A stretch of 64,000 nt of DNA from Altibacter sp. (GTDB lineage Bacteria; Bacteroidota; Bacteroidia; Flavobacteriales; Flavobacteriaceae). Positions 1 through 8,286 of this stretch are shown here, piece after piece (position 1 is the stretch's first letter; the number at the start of each line of letters is the position of its first letter). Made by a program: the position numbers and the translations under genes. The notes beneath the pieces are model-generated. The model saw only the letters and a list, made by a program, of their open reading frames with translations. It was not told where the DNA came from and did no database searches. The stretch is taken from NCBI RefSeq assembly GCF_019913785.1, contig NZ_JAIOHK010000060.1, positions 1,826 through 65,825 on the forward strand, given 5' to 3'.

Positions 1-92
1 TGATGCAAAAGTGAATTTTCCTCTCCTAAATTGTGGATTTTCATTTTGAACGAATTTACCCTAAATGTAGCAAATTATTGTTTGGGTTCAGT

Positions 93-104
93 TGATATTT
101 ATCA
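93..104. promoter_or_regulatory. FNR/FixK-like box TGATATTTATCA
   Basis: Perfect TGAy-N4-rTCA. Its centre is 64.5 nt upstream of the DUF302 start. Confidence 0.6.
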
Positions 105-162
105 TAGTATCTTTTGGTGTTGCGGTCTAATTTTGTCATGAATACATAAAAAACCAAATAGT

Positions 163-558
163 ATGAGTTATTATATATCCACCACGCTTCAGAATAGTTC
201 ATTTGACGAAGCAATAGAAAGAATCACAGCGGAACTTAAAAAAGAAGGCTTTGGCATTCTAACAGAGATTGATATCAAAGCGACTTTACAAAAAAAATTG
301 GATGTCGATTTTTATAACTATAAAATTCTTGGAGCCTGTAATCCGCCCTTTGCCTATAAGGCATTACTAGCTGAGGATAAAATAGGTACCATGTTGCCGT
401 GTAATGTAATTGTTCAGGAAAAGAAGCCGGGAACTATTGAAGTTTCGGCTGTAGATCCAGTGGCTTCAATGGTTTCGGTGAAGAATGAACATTTGGGAGA
501 ACTGGCACTAGAAATTCAGAAAAGATTAGAGAAGGTGATTAACAGTCTTCAGAAATAG
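163..558 (+). CDS. DUF302-family small protein
   Basis: 131-aa ORF. By-eye resemblance to DUF302 proteins (..GFGILTEIDIKATLQKKL.., ..LPCNVIVQE..). FNR-like box at 93..104 lies upstream. Confidence 0.5.
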   Translation: MSYYISTTLQNSSFDEAIERITAELKKEGFGILTEIDIKATLQKKLDVDFYNYKILGACNPPFAYKALLAEDKIGTMLPCNVIVQEKKPGTIEVSAVDPVASMVSVKNEHLGELALEIQKRLEKVINSLQK

Positions 559-578
559 GTTTAAACGAAGGGGAGCAC

Positions 579-590
579 TGACGAATATCA
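579..590. promoter_or_regulatory. FNR/FixK-like box TGACGAATATCA
   Basis: Centre is 64.5 nt upstream of the hpf start. Confidence 0.6.
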
Positions 591-648
591 TATTTTAAAA
601 ACGCTTTCCGTAGTACTTTTATCCTACTAGTAATTAAAGATTTTAAAT

Positions 649-948
649 ATGACTATTCGAATTCAATATGTGAAAATACCTACTAGCGAAAGCATGTCGG
701 ATTATGTAACAAAAAAGCTCGAAAAATTGAGTGCTAAGTACAACTGGCTTATCAATGCCGATGTATATTTTAAATATGAGAACGACCCTACCGGTAAACG
801 AGACACTTGCGAAATTGAATTGAGCCTTCCCGGGCCTAGAATATTTGCAACCTCAACCGATAAAAATTATGAATCTGCTGTAAAAAAAGCGATTTCAGAT
901 TTAGAAAAACAGCTTAAAAAACGCAAAGCAACCTTTACAACTCATTAA
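649..948 (+). CDS. hpf: ribosome hibernation promoting factor (short HPF/RaiA, S30EA family)
   Basis: 99 aa. The N-terminus (IRIQYVKIPTSESMSDYVTKKLEKL) and C-terminus (AVKKAISDLEKQLKKRK) are typical of HPF/RaiA. Box at 579..590 lies upstream. Confidence 0.8.
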   Translation: MTIRIQYVKIPTSESMSDYVTKKLEKLSAKYNWLINADVYFKYENDPTGKRDTCEIELSLPGPRIFATSTDKNYESAVKKAISDLEKQLKKRKATFTTH

Positions 949-958
949 ATTCTAACCC

Positions 959-1795
959 ATGAAAAAAATACTTGTACCCGTCGATTTTTCCGAACATTCT
1001 GAATATGCGTTAGAAGTAGCTTCCGTAATCGCAAAAAAACAAAATGCCGAGATAATTGCCCTTCATATGATGGGACTATCTGAAGCTGTGATCAATAAAA
1101 ATGAAGCGAAGGAAGTATTTGAAGCCATGTATTATTTAAAACTGGCCGAAAAACGTTTCTCCGAATTTCTAGACAAAAAATTCTTGGAAGGAGTGAAGGT
1201 TACCGATACCGTTTACAACTACAAAAACTTTAGCGAGATCAATGATGTGGCAAAAGATCACGGTGCCGACTTAATTGTAATGGGATCACATGGTAGCAGT
1301 GGAATAAGTGAAGTATTTGTAGGTTCTAACACCGAAAAAGTGGTGCGTACCTCTGAAATTCCTGTGTTGGTGATCAAAAATAAGCCTAAGAACTTTACAT
1401 TCGAAAATGTAGTCTTTGCATGCGATTTTGAGAAAGAAAGTATCATTGCTTACCAAAAGGCCATGAAATTCTTTAAGCTATTTTCCGCAAATGTACACTT
1501 ACTACACGTCAATCTACCCAATGAGCGCTTTAGAAGTACTCCCGAGATTGAAGAAAAAGTGAGAGAATTCTTGTATCAGGGCGATCTAGGAAGCTTAGAT
1601 AGCTTGGGTAAAGTTGTATATGTGGATGACTATTCGGTTGAAGACGGTGTCTTTACCTATAGCAATAAGATCAATGCAGATGCTATTGCCCTGTCAACCC
1701 ATGGTCGTCGTGGCTTGGCGCATTTCTTCTTCGGAAGTGTTGGCGAAGATTTGGCAAATCACGCCGATATACCGGTACTCACATTTAAAATTTAG
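959..1795 (+). CDS. universal stress protein, tandem Usp domains
   Basis: 278 aa. MKKILVPVDFSEHS N-terminus and the ATP-binding-type motif MGSHGSSGISEVFVGSNTEKV, with a second Usp half. Starts 10 nt after the hpf stop, so it is probably co-transcribed. Confidence 0.85.
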   Translation: MKKILVPVDFSEHSEYALEVASVIAKKQNAEIIALHMMGLSEAVINKNEAKEVFEAMYYLKLAEKRFSEFLDKKFLEGVKVTDTVYNYKNFSEINDVAKDHGADLIVMGSHGSSGISEVFVGSNTEKVVRTSEIPVLVIKNKPKNFTFENVVFACDFEKESIIAYQKAMKFFKLFSANVHLLHVNLPNERFRSTPEIEEKVREFLYQGDLGSLDSLGKVVYVDDYSVEDGVFTYSNKINADAIALSTHGRRGLAHFFFGSVGEDLANHADIPVLTFKI

Positions 1796-1830
1796 CTGAT
1801 TACTAATTATAATAGGTTGGTAATAGGAAG

Positions 1831-1858
1831 AAGGGGTCTTTAAAAGGATCCCTTTTTT
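1831..1858. terminator. bidirectional rho-independent terminator between convergent usp and deoD
   Basis: AAGGGGTC / GGATCCCTT form an 8-bp stem (one G-U pair) with an ~8-nt loop, followed by TTTT on the + strand. Confidence 0.55.
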
Positions 1859-1860
1859 AG

Positions 1861-2562
1861 TTATGACAGCGTGTTTAGCGCAATATCGATCATCGTGCTA
1901 AACGTGCTTTCTCTTTCGGTTGCCGTAGTTTCCTTTTTGCTTATAAGTGAATCTGAAATGGTTAAAATTGCCAGGGCTTTTACCCTGTGTTTTGCGGCAA
2001 TGGTATATAGTCCTGCAGCTTCCATTTCAACACATAGGACTCCAAAATTGGCCCATTTCTTATACGAATCAAAAACATCGTCGTAATATTCGTCTGCAGA
2101 GAGTACATTTCCTGCTTTGATAGGAATTCCTTGATCCTGAGCATAGCGTGCCGCTTTCATAAACAACTCAAAATCTGCAGTTGGAGAGTAATCTGAATTG
2201 AAAAATCGCGAATTGTTAATCCCCGATGTAGACGAAGCCGCCATGGCAATCACGATGTCCCGAATCTTTACATCGGGTTGGTAAGAGCCGGCCGTCCCTA
2301 CACGAATGAGGTTTTTAACTCCGTAGTCATTGATAAGTTCGTGACAGTAGATCAAGGCCGAAGGAATGCCCATTCCCGTTCCTTGTACCGAAATTGGTTT
2401 CCCATTATAGGTTCCGGTATACCCTAACATACCACGCACATCATTATAACAGAAGGGATCCTTTAAAAATGTTTCAGCAATCCATTTGGCGCGCAATGGA
2501 TCTCCCGGCAATAAGACCGAGTCGGCTATTTCTCCTTTTTTCGCTTCAATATGTATACTCAT
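1861..2562 (-). CDS. deoD: purine nucleoside phosphorylase, DeoD type
   Basis: MSIHIEAKKGEIADSVLLPGDPLRAKWIAETFL.. and ..CVEMEAAGLY.. are typical of hexameric PNP. Start moved to ATG 2562, because the ORF-track start at 2622 would run into deoC. Confidence 0.85.
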   Translation of the reverse strand: MSIHIEAKKGEIADSVLLPGDPLRAKWIAETFLKDPFCYNDVRGMLGYTGTYNGKPISVQGTGMGIPSALIYCHELINDYGVKNLIRVGTAGSYQPDVKIRDIVIAMAASSTSGINNSRFFNSDYSPTADFELFMKAARYAQDQGIPIKAGNVLSADEYYDDVFDSYKKWANFGVLCVEMEAAGLYTIAAKHRVKALAILTISDSLISKKETTATERESTFSTMIDIALNTLS

Positions 2563-2566
2563 AGTG

Positions 2567-3211
2567 CTAGTTTGTGGTGACAATGACGATTCCGGAGGAG
2601 GTCCCAATCCTGCTAACACCAAGATCTATATAGGTCTGAGCCGTGACAGCATCTTTAATCCCTCCCGAAGCCTTTACTTTTAATTTACCATCCACGGCAT
2701 TCAGCATTAGCTTGACATCGTGAATGCTTGCTCCTCCCGTACCAAATCCTGTCGAGGTTTTTACGTAGTCTGCCCCCGCTTTCTCAGTAATATTACAGGC
2801 AATTCGTTTTTCATCGTCGGTTAAATAACAAGTTTCCAAAATAACTTTAAGGGTCTTGTCCCCGACTATTTCTTTGATGGCCGAGATTTCTTCGCGTACA
2901 CTTTTAAAAAGATTGTGCTTTAAGAAGCCAATATTCATTACCATGTCTATCTCGTGGGCACCTTCTTTTATGGCTCTTTTTGTTTCTGAACGCTTTGCCT
3001 TGGTAGAAGCGGTACCCAAAGGAAACCCAATGGTAGAAACCACTTTTATATCGGTGTTTAATAATTCGTTACTCGCTAAGAAAACATAGCAGCTATTCAC
3101 GCAGACACTGTGAAACTTATATTTTTTTGCTTCATCACACAGTTGCACTATATCATCGGGAGTGGCGGTTGGTTTCAGCAGTGTATGGTCTATGTATTTG
3201 TTTAACTCCAT
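2567..3211 (-). CDS. deoC: deoxyribose-phosphate aldolase
   Basis: 214 aa. IDHTLLKPTATPDDIVQLCDEAKKYKFHSVCVN and DYVKTSTGF (Schiff-base Lys context). Confidence 0.85.
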   Translation of the reverse strand: MELNKYIDHTLLKPTATPDDIVQLCDEAKKYKFHSVCVNSCYVFLASNELLNTDIKVVSTIGFPLGTASTKAKRSETKRAIKEGAHEIDMVMNIGFLKHNLFKSVREEISAIKEIVGDKTLKVILETCYLTDDEKRIACNITEKAGADYVKTSTGFGTGGASIHDVKLMLNAVDGKLKVKASGGIKDAVTAQTYIDLGVSRIGTSSGIVIVTTN

Positions 3212-3510
3212 TAGTTGTGGCTTCGTATTGCTGAAATAATTTCATTCTTTGGAAGGACTCCAGACTGTCTCCAAAGTTGTTTCCCTTGCTTAAAGATAAG
3301 CATGGTGGGAACTCCTTGAACCTGGAATCGAGAGGCGATGGATGGGTTTTTATCGACATCGATTTTTACAATTTTTACACTGTCTCCCATCTCATCTTTT
3401 ACCTGTTTAAGAATGGGTGCCAGTGCTTTGCAGGGGCCACACCAGTCTGCGTAAAAATCGATTAAGACCGGCGTTTCAGAATTAATTATATCGCTAAAGC
3501 TGCCTTTCAT
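3211..3510 (-). CDS. trxA: thioredoxin
   Basis: 99 aa. WCGPC active site and GVPTMLIFK motif. Confidence 0.85.
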   Translation of the reverse strand: MKGSFSDIINSETPVLIDFYADWCGPCKALAPILKQVKDEMGDSVKIVKIDVDKNPSIASRFQVQGVPTMLIFKQGKQLWRQSGVLPKNEIISAIRSHN

Positions 3511-3556
3511 TGGTTCGAGATTTAATGGTATTAAGATACTACTTTGTTTCTTGTTG

Positions 3557-4456
3557 TTAACTTATTAATGGGTTGAATTTGTACTTTCGGAGCACGGGTA
3601 GTAATCGCACCAAAGGGATCTTTATGGAATAGGTTCCCGTATACGAAGGACAGATTACACAATCGTCGAAATAGAATTCAACAAAGGTTTCGTCCACCAC
3701 AAAGTTGTTTTTATATTCGAAGAAATCTTCTTCAGAAATCTGCCAACAGTCATAGAAAAATTCTCCGGAAGCAATCTTTTCCTGTAGGAGTTCATTTAAA
3801 ATAACCCGCAGTTCTTCCTCCGAGCCATCGTTAAAAAAATCTTCATAATTCATAAACACGGCACGGTTGAGGTCGAAATTGAGGCAGTCAAACGTATAAG
3901 ATGGATGCATGGCACCGGAGTAGTAATTTTCCTTGTAGAACAAAACACTAATCAATTTTTCATTGATGTTATAAATCTTATAATCGACCAATCGTTTTTC
4001 ACGGTATCTGTTGGTACGCAGCGTGTCACAATACAATTCTTTATCTTCCAAAATTTGAGCCTCAACACCTTTTATATCGATATAATACTTTTGAACGTAT
4101 TCGTTAAAATTTCTATAGGAAGGTTTTAAGGCTTCATTGAGGTGAGGATATTTAAAGTCGAGTACATAAAGGTCTTCTTCTTTAAAAAAAGTCTTTGACA
4201 ATACCAGATCTTCTAATTGTACCCGTTCGTCTTCCTTCTTTATAAGTTCCTCCCGTTTTATTTGAATAGTTTGCTGTTTTCTCAAATCAATATCATGATC
4301 TGAAACTACCAACGAATCCTCAACAACATCGGTCACGTCTTCGATAGCATCGGTTTCCTTTTTTTGTGAATCATTTTTACAACTTATCAAAAGCCCAAAA
4401 ACAAGCAGGAGGGAAAGGTATTTCATAGATTTCATAGCGAGTGTATTATTGTTCAA
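3557..4456 (-). CDS. lipoprotein with DUF3298-like C-terminal domain
   Basis: Signal peptide plus lipobox (LLISC). YYSGAMHPSYTFDCLNFDLNRAVFMNYEDFF resembles the DUF3298/PdaC-C-terminal pattern. Several in-frame Met make the start ambiguous. Confidence 0.45.
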   Translation of the reverse strand: MNNNTLAMKSMKYLSLLLVFGLLISCKNDSQKKETDAIEDVTDVVEDSLVVSDHDIDLRKQQTIQIKREELIKKEDERVQLEDLVLSKTFFKEEDLYVLDFKYPHLNEALKPSYRNFNEYVQKYYIDIKGVEAQILEDKELYCDTLRTNRYREKRLVDYKIYNINEKLISVLFYKENYYSGAMHPSYTFDCLNFDLNRAVFMNYEDFFNDGSEEELRVILNELLQEKIASGEFFYDCWQISEEDFFEYKNNFVVDETFVEFYFDDCVICPSYTGTYSIKIPLVRLLPVLRKYKFNPLIS

Positions 4457-4850
4457 GTTCGAGTTTTAGTCTGGTGAGTAGGATTAATTCCGATTTGTTT
4501 TTTCCTGAAAAGGCATCGGCTATGGCATTGGCTGTAATCCAGATAAGTTTTTTTCGTTTCAAACTAAACAGACTAGGATGTTCTTTTTTAAAATATTTGA
4601 AATCCTTAAAACATGCATCTGCATCGAGCGAATTATAATCGAGCCAACCAAAGACAATTTCTATTTGATAGGCAGCGTCAGAGTGGAATTCGTCTTCATA
4701 GTCGTCCAGTTTAATCCAATGGCTATTCACAATGTCGATAAGTGCCTCGTATTCCGATTTTCGCACTACTTTATCCGCAGCCGCAACAGCATAGAACAAC
4801 TTACCAATAATTTGATAGAATTCTATTTCGGGTTTTGGTACTTCACGCAT
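4446..4850 (-). CDS. TerB-like hypothetical protein
   Basis: 134 aa. GKLFYAVAAADKVVRKSEYEAL resembles the TerB-type ADG-x-x-x-x-E motif. Weak by-eye call. Confidence 0.35.
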   Translation of the reverse strand: MREVPKPEIEFYQIIGKLFYAVAAADKVVRKSEYEALIDIVNSHWIKLDDYEDEFHSDAAYQIEIVFGWLDYNSLDADACFKDFKYFKKEHPSLFSLKRKKLIWITANAIADAFSGKNKSELILLTRLKLELEQ

Positions 4851-4905
4851 AACAATTCATTTAGAATTTATAAGTAAAATTACAGATAACACCTCACTTT
4901 TTTTA

Positions 4906-4917
4906 TGATAAAAATCA
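4906..4917. promoter_or_regulatory. FNR/FixK-like box TGATAAAAATCA
   Basis: Lies in the divergent region. Centre is 45.5 nt from the kinase start (4957) and 61.5 nt from the TerB-like start (4850). Confidence 0.6.
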
Positions 4918-4956
4918 GTTCTGAAAACCAGCAATAAAATTGTTACTTTTGGGGAC

Positions 4957-6180
4957 ATGAAGGTTTTTGAGGAGAAAAAAGGGAATATTTTTAAATTACT
5001 TTCTGAAGCTATTTCGGAAGGCATTATTATTGTGAATGTACAGCAAGAAATTGTCGCTTCCAATGGTGTTGCTAATGTAATGTTTGGCTACGAAGAAAAT
5101 GAGTTATTGGGTTCGCAACTTAATCGTTTAATTCCGAAGGATTATCGAAAAAAGCATACAGGTCATTTTGATAGTTTTATTGAAAAAAGCGACGTGAGGC
5201 AAATGGGGCATGGTCGCGATTTGTATGGTTTACGTAAGGATGGTACTGCTTTTCCCCTGGAAGCTGGATTAAATCCATTTGAAATTTATGAGAATCAATA
5301 TGTCATGGCTTTGGTGAGTGATATTACCATTCGGAAAAGGCAAGAACAGGAAATCAAAGAACTTAATGAGAGTTTAGAACTTCGTATTCAGCAAAGAACA
5401 ACAGAATTACGCCATAGTATTTCAGAATTAAAGGAAGAAGTGGCAAAGCGTAAGGAAGCAGAAAATAGAATAAAGGAATCACTTCGTAAGGAACGTGAAT
5501 TAAATGAACTTAAAACGAAATTCCTTTCATTGGTATCTCACGAATTCAAGACACCTTTAAGCGGAATTTTAACCTCGGCAACGCTGGTTGGAAAATACAC
5601 GTTGACAGAACACCAGGAAAAAAGAGATAAACACCTAAAGACGATCCAAAGCAAGGTTAAATATTTGAATAATATATTAGACGATTTTCTTTCTATTGAG
5701 CGCATTGAAACGGGTAAGGAAACGTATAAATTTAGTCTTTTTCCATTGAGTAAGGTGGTAAATGAGGTTATTTACGACGCTAATATGTTGTTGAAGGAAG
5801 GGCAAAAAATAAACTATCCTCAAAATATCGATGATATTATTGTTGAGTTTGATGAAAAAATATTGGAACTTGTTTTGACCAATTTAATTAATAATGCGAT
5901 TAAATACTCACCCGGAAATACCGCTATCGATGTTCGGGTTGATCAGAAAAAATCGAGCTTGTGTATTAGTATTCAGGATGAAGGCATGGGTATTCCAGCA
6001 AAAGAACAAAAGTTTATCTTTAACCGTTACTTTAGGGCAGAAAATGCCTTGTTGGATCAAGGTACGGGTATTGGACTCAATATTGCGAAAAGCCATTTGG
6101 AAAACCTAGGTGGGACAATTACCTTTACCAGCAAAGAAAATGAAGGAAGCATCTTTAAAGTAGAAATACCAATTAAGTAG
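4957..6180 (+). CDS. PAS-domain sensor histidine kinase (FixL-like PAS)
   Basis: N-terminal PAS (..KKHTGHFDSFIE..MGHGRDLYGLRKDGTAFPLEAGLNPF..), a coiled-coil linker, H-box SHEFKTPLS, N-box NLINNAIKYS, G1 DEGMGI and G2 GTGIGL. No TM segment, so it is predicted cytoplasmic. Confidence 0.85.
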   Translation: MKVFEEKKGNIFKLLSEAISEGIIIVNVQQEIVASNGVANVMFGYEENELLGSQLNRLIPKDYRKKHTGHFDSFIEKSDVRQMGHGRDLYGLRKDGTAFPLEAGLNPFEIYENQYVMALVSDITIRKRQEQEIKELNESLELRIQQRTTELRHSISELKEEVAKRKEAENRIKESLRKERELNELKTKFLSLVSHEFKTPLSGILTSATLVGKYTLTEHQEKRDKHLKTIQSKVKYLNNILDDFLSIERIETGKETYKFSLFPLSKVVNEVIYDANMLLKEGQKINYPQNIDDIIVEFDEKILELVLTNLINNAIKYSPGNTAIDVRVDQKKSSLCISIQDEGMGIPAKEQKFIFNRYFRAENALLDQGTGIGLNIAKSHLENLGGTITFTSKENEGSIFKVEIPIK

Positions 6181-6186
6181 ATACAA

Positions 6187-7245
6187 ATGAAAACAATCCT
6201 TATCATCGAAGATGATGCAGCCTTGCGAGAAAACACGGCAGAGTTGTTAGAACTTTCAAACTTTAATGTCCTTACGGCACCTAATGGGAAATTAGGGATT
6301 GAAGTGGCAAAAAAGGAGCAGCCGGATATTATTGTTTGTGATATTATGATGCCCGAGGTAGATGGATATGGCGTGTTAGAAGCGCTTAATTCGGATGCAT
6401 TGACCAATCAAATTCCGTTTATATTTCTTTCGGCAAAAACGGAACATAAAGAAGTTCGCAAAGGAATGGATATGGGTGCCGATGATTACCTCACAAAACC
6501 GTTTGATGAAGAAGAACTTATAAGTGCGGTTGAAAGTAGGCTGGCCAAAGCAAGTTTGCTTGAACAAAAGATTAAAAATCAAAATGCCCAAACGGTTCAT
6601 GAAAATGATGATGATAGCCTGCGAAACTTGAATGAACTTAAAAATTTCTTCGATGATTACGGCAGTATTTTAACTTTTAAAAAGGGAGCCAGTATCTATA
6701 AACTTGGGGAGCATTCCAATAATATTTTCCTTATTTTAAAGGGGGTTGTAAAAAGTCATAAGATGGATGAAAGCGGAAAAGAACTCACCACGGCATTGCT
6801 TAAAGCCGATGATTTTTTGGGTTTCACCTCCTTCGATGAGAATGTTCCCTATACCGAGTCGGCTACGGCGGTAGAAAATGTAGAGCTCGCTGCAATCTCA
6901 AAAATGCAACTTAAGGAAGTGTTGGGTAAAAGTCAGGGGGTATCACTCGAATTAATGAACGTACTTACCGATAATCTTTCAGAAATAAAGGAACATCTCC
7001 TTCAAATGGCCTATGGTTCGGTGCGTAAGAAAACTGCACAAACTATTCTTCAGTTTGCCGAAATACTGGGTAAAACATCGGAAGACACCATTAAAATTTC
7101 GCGTAACGATCTGGCCAGTGTAGCCGGAATTGCTACAGAAAGCCTTATTAGAACCTTGTCAGGTTTTAAGAAAGACGGCCTCATTGAAATTGAGGGGAGA
7201 AACATAAAAATTTTGGATCTTCAGCAACTTCAATTAATTGAATAG
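6187..7245 (+). CDS. response regulator with REC domain fused to Crp/Fnr-type cNMP-binding-like domain and HTH
   Basis: REC has D9-D10, phospho-acceptor D52 (IIVCDIMMP), LSAK and TKPF. It is followed by a beta-roll effector domain (FKKGASIYKLGEHSNNIFLILKGVVK) and a Crp-type HTH (ISRNDLASVAGIATESLIRTLSGFKKDGLI). Starts 7 nt after the kinase gene. Confidence 0.85.
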   Translation: MKTILIIEDDAALRENTAELLELSNFNVLTAPNGKLGIEVAKKEQPDIIVCDIMMPEVDGYGVLEALNSDALTNQIPFIFLSAKTEHKEVRKGMDMGADDYLTKPFDEEELISAVESRLAKASLLEQKIKNQNAQTVHENDDDSLRNLNELKNFFDDYGSILTFKKGASIYKLGEHSNNIFLILKGVVKSHKMDESGKELTTALLKADDFLGFTSFDENVPYTESATAVENVELAAISKMQLKEVLGKSQGVSLELMNVLTDNLSEIKEHLLQMAYGSVRKKTAQTILQFAEILGKTSEDTIKISRNDLASVAGIATESLIRTLSGFKKDGLIEIEGRNIKILDLQQLQLIE

Positions 7246-7263
7246 TCAATTAATTTGAAAAAC

Positions 7264-7275
7264 TGACCATTGTCA
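7264..7275. promoter_or_regulatory. FNR/FixK-like box TGACCATTGTCA
   Basis: Centre is 58.5 nt upstream of usp ATG 7328. Identical in sequence to the norC box. Confidence 0.6.
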
Positions 7276-7327
7276 TTCTTTGCCTTGTTACATCAGGATA
7301 CATTTGTTTTTATTACAATGTATTGAG

Positions 7328-8167
7328 ATGAAGCATATTCTTATCCCAACAGATTTTTCTGAAAACGCTCAAAATGCCATTAGCTATGCGCTGTCTTTTT
7401 TTAAAGATAGTGATGTAACGTTCTATTTGTTACATGTTTCTTTGATGGATGAAGTAGATGAAGATGAATGTTATTACAAGATACCGGAAGCGGTATTGGA
7501 TAAGAAGGTTGCTTACAAGCCTTCGGATAGATTAAAATTTGAATTGAAACATTTAAAGAAACACTCCAAAAATGCCAAACATCATTTTTTCGCAATTCAT
7601 GAATATATCCAATTTATCGAAGCCATGCGAAAACATGTATTGGAAAAGGAGATCGATTTCATTGTTATGGGAACCAAAGGAGCTTCCCAATGGAAAGGAG
7701 ATGTCATTGGCACCAATACCGGGAATGTGATTACCAAAGTGAAGTGTCCCATCTTGGTGATTCCCGAACAAGCTTCGTATAGTCAGGTAAAAAACATTGT
7801 TTTTCCTACCGACTTTAATATTTTTTTTAAGCACAGGATCCTCAATACATTTACTGAAATACTACACCATACAGGTGCATTGGCAAGCATTTTATATATA
7901 TCTAAAAAAGTACAGGACCTTACTGCCCTTCAGAAAAAGAATCGAAATTATCTGCAAGAACACCTAGAGGACAAGCCGCATAATTGTTATTTTATAACCG
8001 ATGAAAATATTGAAACAGCTATCGATACTTTCGTCGAATCACATCATGTCGATATGATTGCCATGGTAGCCAAAAACCTAAACTTTTTTCAACGCCTCTT
8101 GTTTAAGCCTACCGTAGAAAAATTAAGCTACTATACAAAGATTCCTTTCTTGGTATTACACGAGTAA
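7328..8167 (+). CDS. universal stress protein, tandem Usp domains
   Basis: MKHILIPTDFSENAQNA.. and VMGTKGAS..GDVIGTNTGNV. Start set to ATG 7328, because the ORF-track start at 7280 lies only 5 nt downstream of box 7264..7275, too close for that box to serve it as an upstream promoter element. Confidence 0.85.
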   Translation: MKHILIPTDFSENAQNAISYALSFFKDSDVTFYLLHVSLMDEVDEDECYYKIPEAVLDKKVAYKPSDRLKFELKHLKKHSKNAKHHFFAIHEYIQFIEAMRKHVLEKEIDFIVMGTKGASQWKGDVIGTNTGNVITKVKCPILVIPEQASYSQVKNIVFPTDFNIFFKHRILNTFTEILHHTGALASILYISKKVQDLTALQKKNRNYLQEHLEDKPHNCYFITDENIETAIDTFVESHHVDMIAMVAKNLNFFQRLLFKPTVEKLSYYTKIPFLVLHE

Positions 8168-8216
8168 TAGCTGCTTTCCTAGCTAGTTTCACACCTCGAA
8201 AAATCAGCTACTTAGC

Positions 8217-8228
8217 TGATAATTATCA
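8217..8228. promoter_or_regulatory. FNR/FixK-like box TGATAATTATCA
   Basis: Centre is 64.5 nt upstream of usp 8287, the first gene of the usp-usp-usp-ATPcone-MBL string. Confidence 0.6.
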
Positions 8229-8286
8229 TGTTTTTTCTGCTCCGGAAAACATAGCTTTGAACATAACCTCAAAATGAACAAAAACC

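Noticed and set aside
1258-1446. Many 60-156-aa ORFs in the track that lie antisense to, or out of frame within, longer genes. Examples are 1258..1446, 1871..2086, 3905..4129, 6057..6407, 7553..7834, 18706..19119, 19773..20168, 23945..24313, 39805..40215, 47176..47646, 47659..47979 and 62973..63311.
   Set aside because: They are fully embedded in confidently assigned CDSs on the other strand or in another frame. They have low-complexity or odd composition and lack recognisable motifs, so they are typical shadow ORFs of AT-rich DNA.
7280-7327. Longer N-terminal extensions proposed by the ORF track: usp at 7280, cytochrome at 49199, deoD at 2622, nadB at 52488, nosY at 36878, the CoxIV-like gene at 46737 and PK-like at 16548
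   Set aside because: These extensions either crowd or overlap a regulatory box (7264..7275 ends 5 nt before 7280, and 49199 lies inside box 49193..49204) or run into the upstream gene. Each is followed by an internal Met that gives the canonical family N-terminus, for example MKHILIPTDFSEN, MVETNFLVIGSG and MSIHIEAKKG.
8203-8220. Hairpin ATCAGCT-ACTT-AGCTGAT overlapping the left half of box 8217..8228
   Set aside because: It has a short 7-bp stem with no T-run, and could arise simply because the box half-site TGAT is part of it. There is insufficient evidence for a terminator or a second operator.
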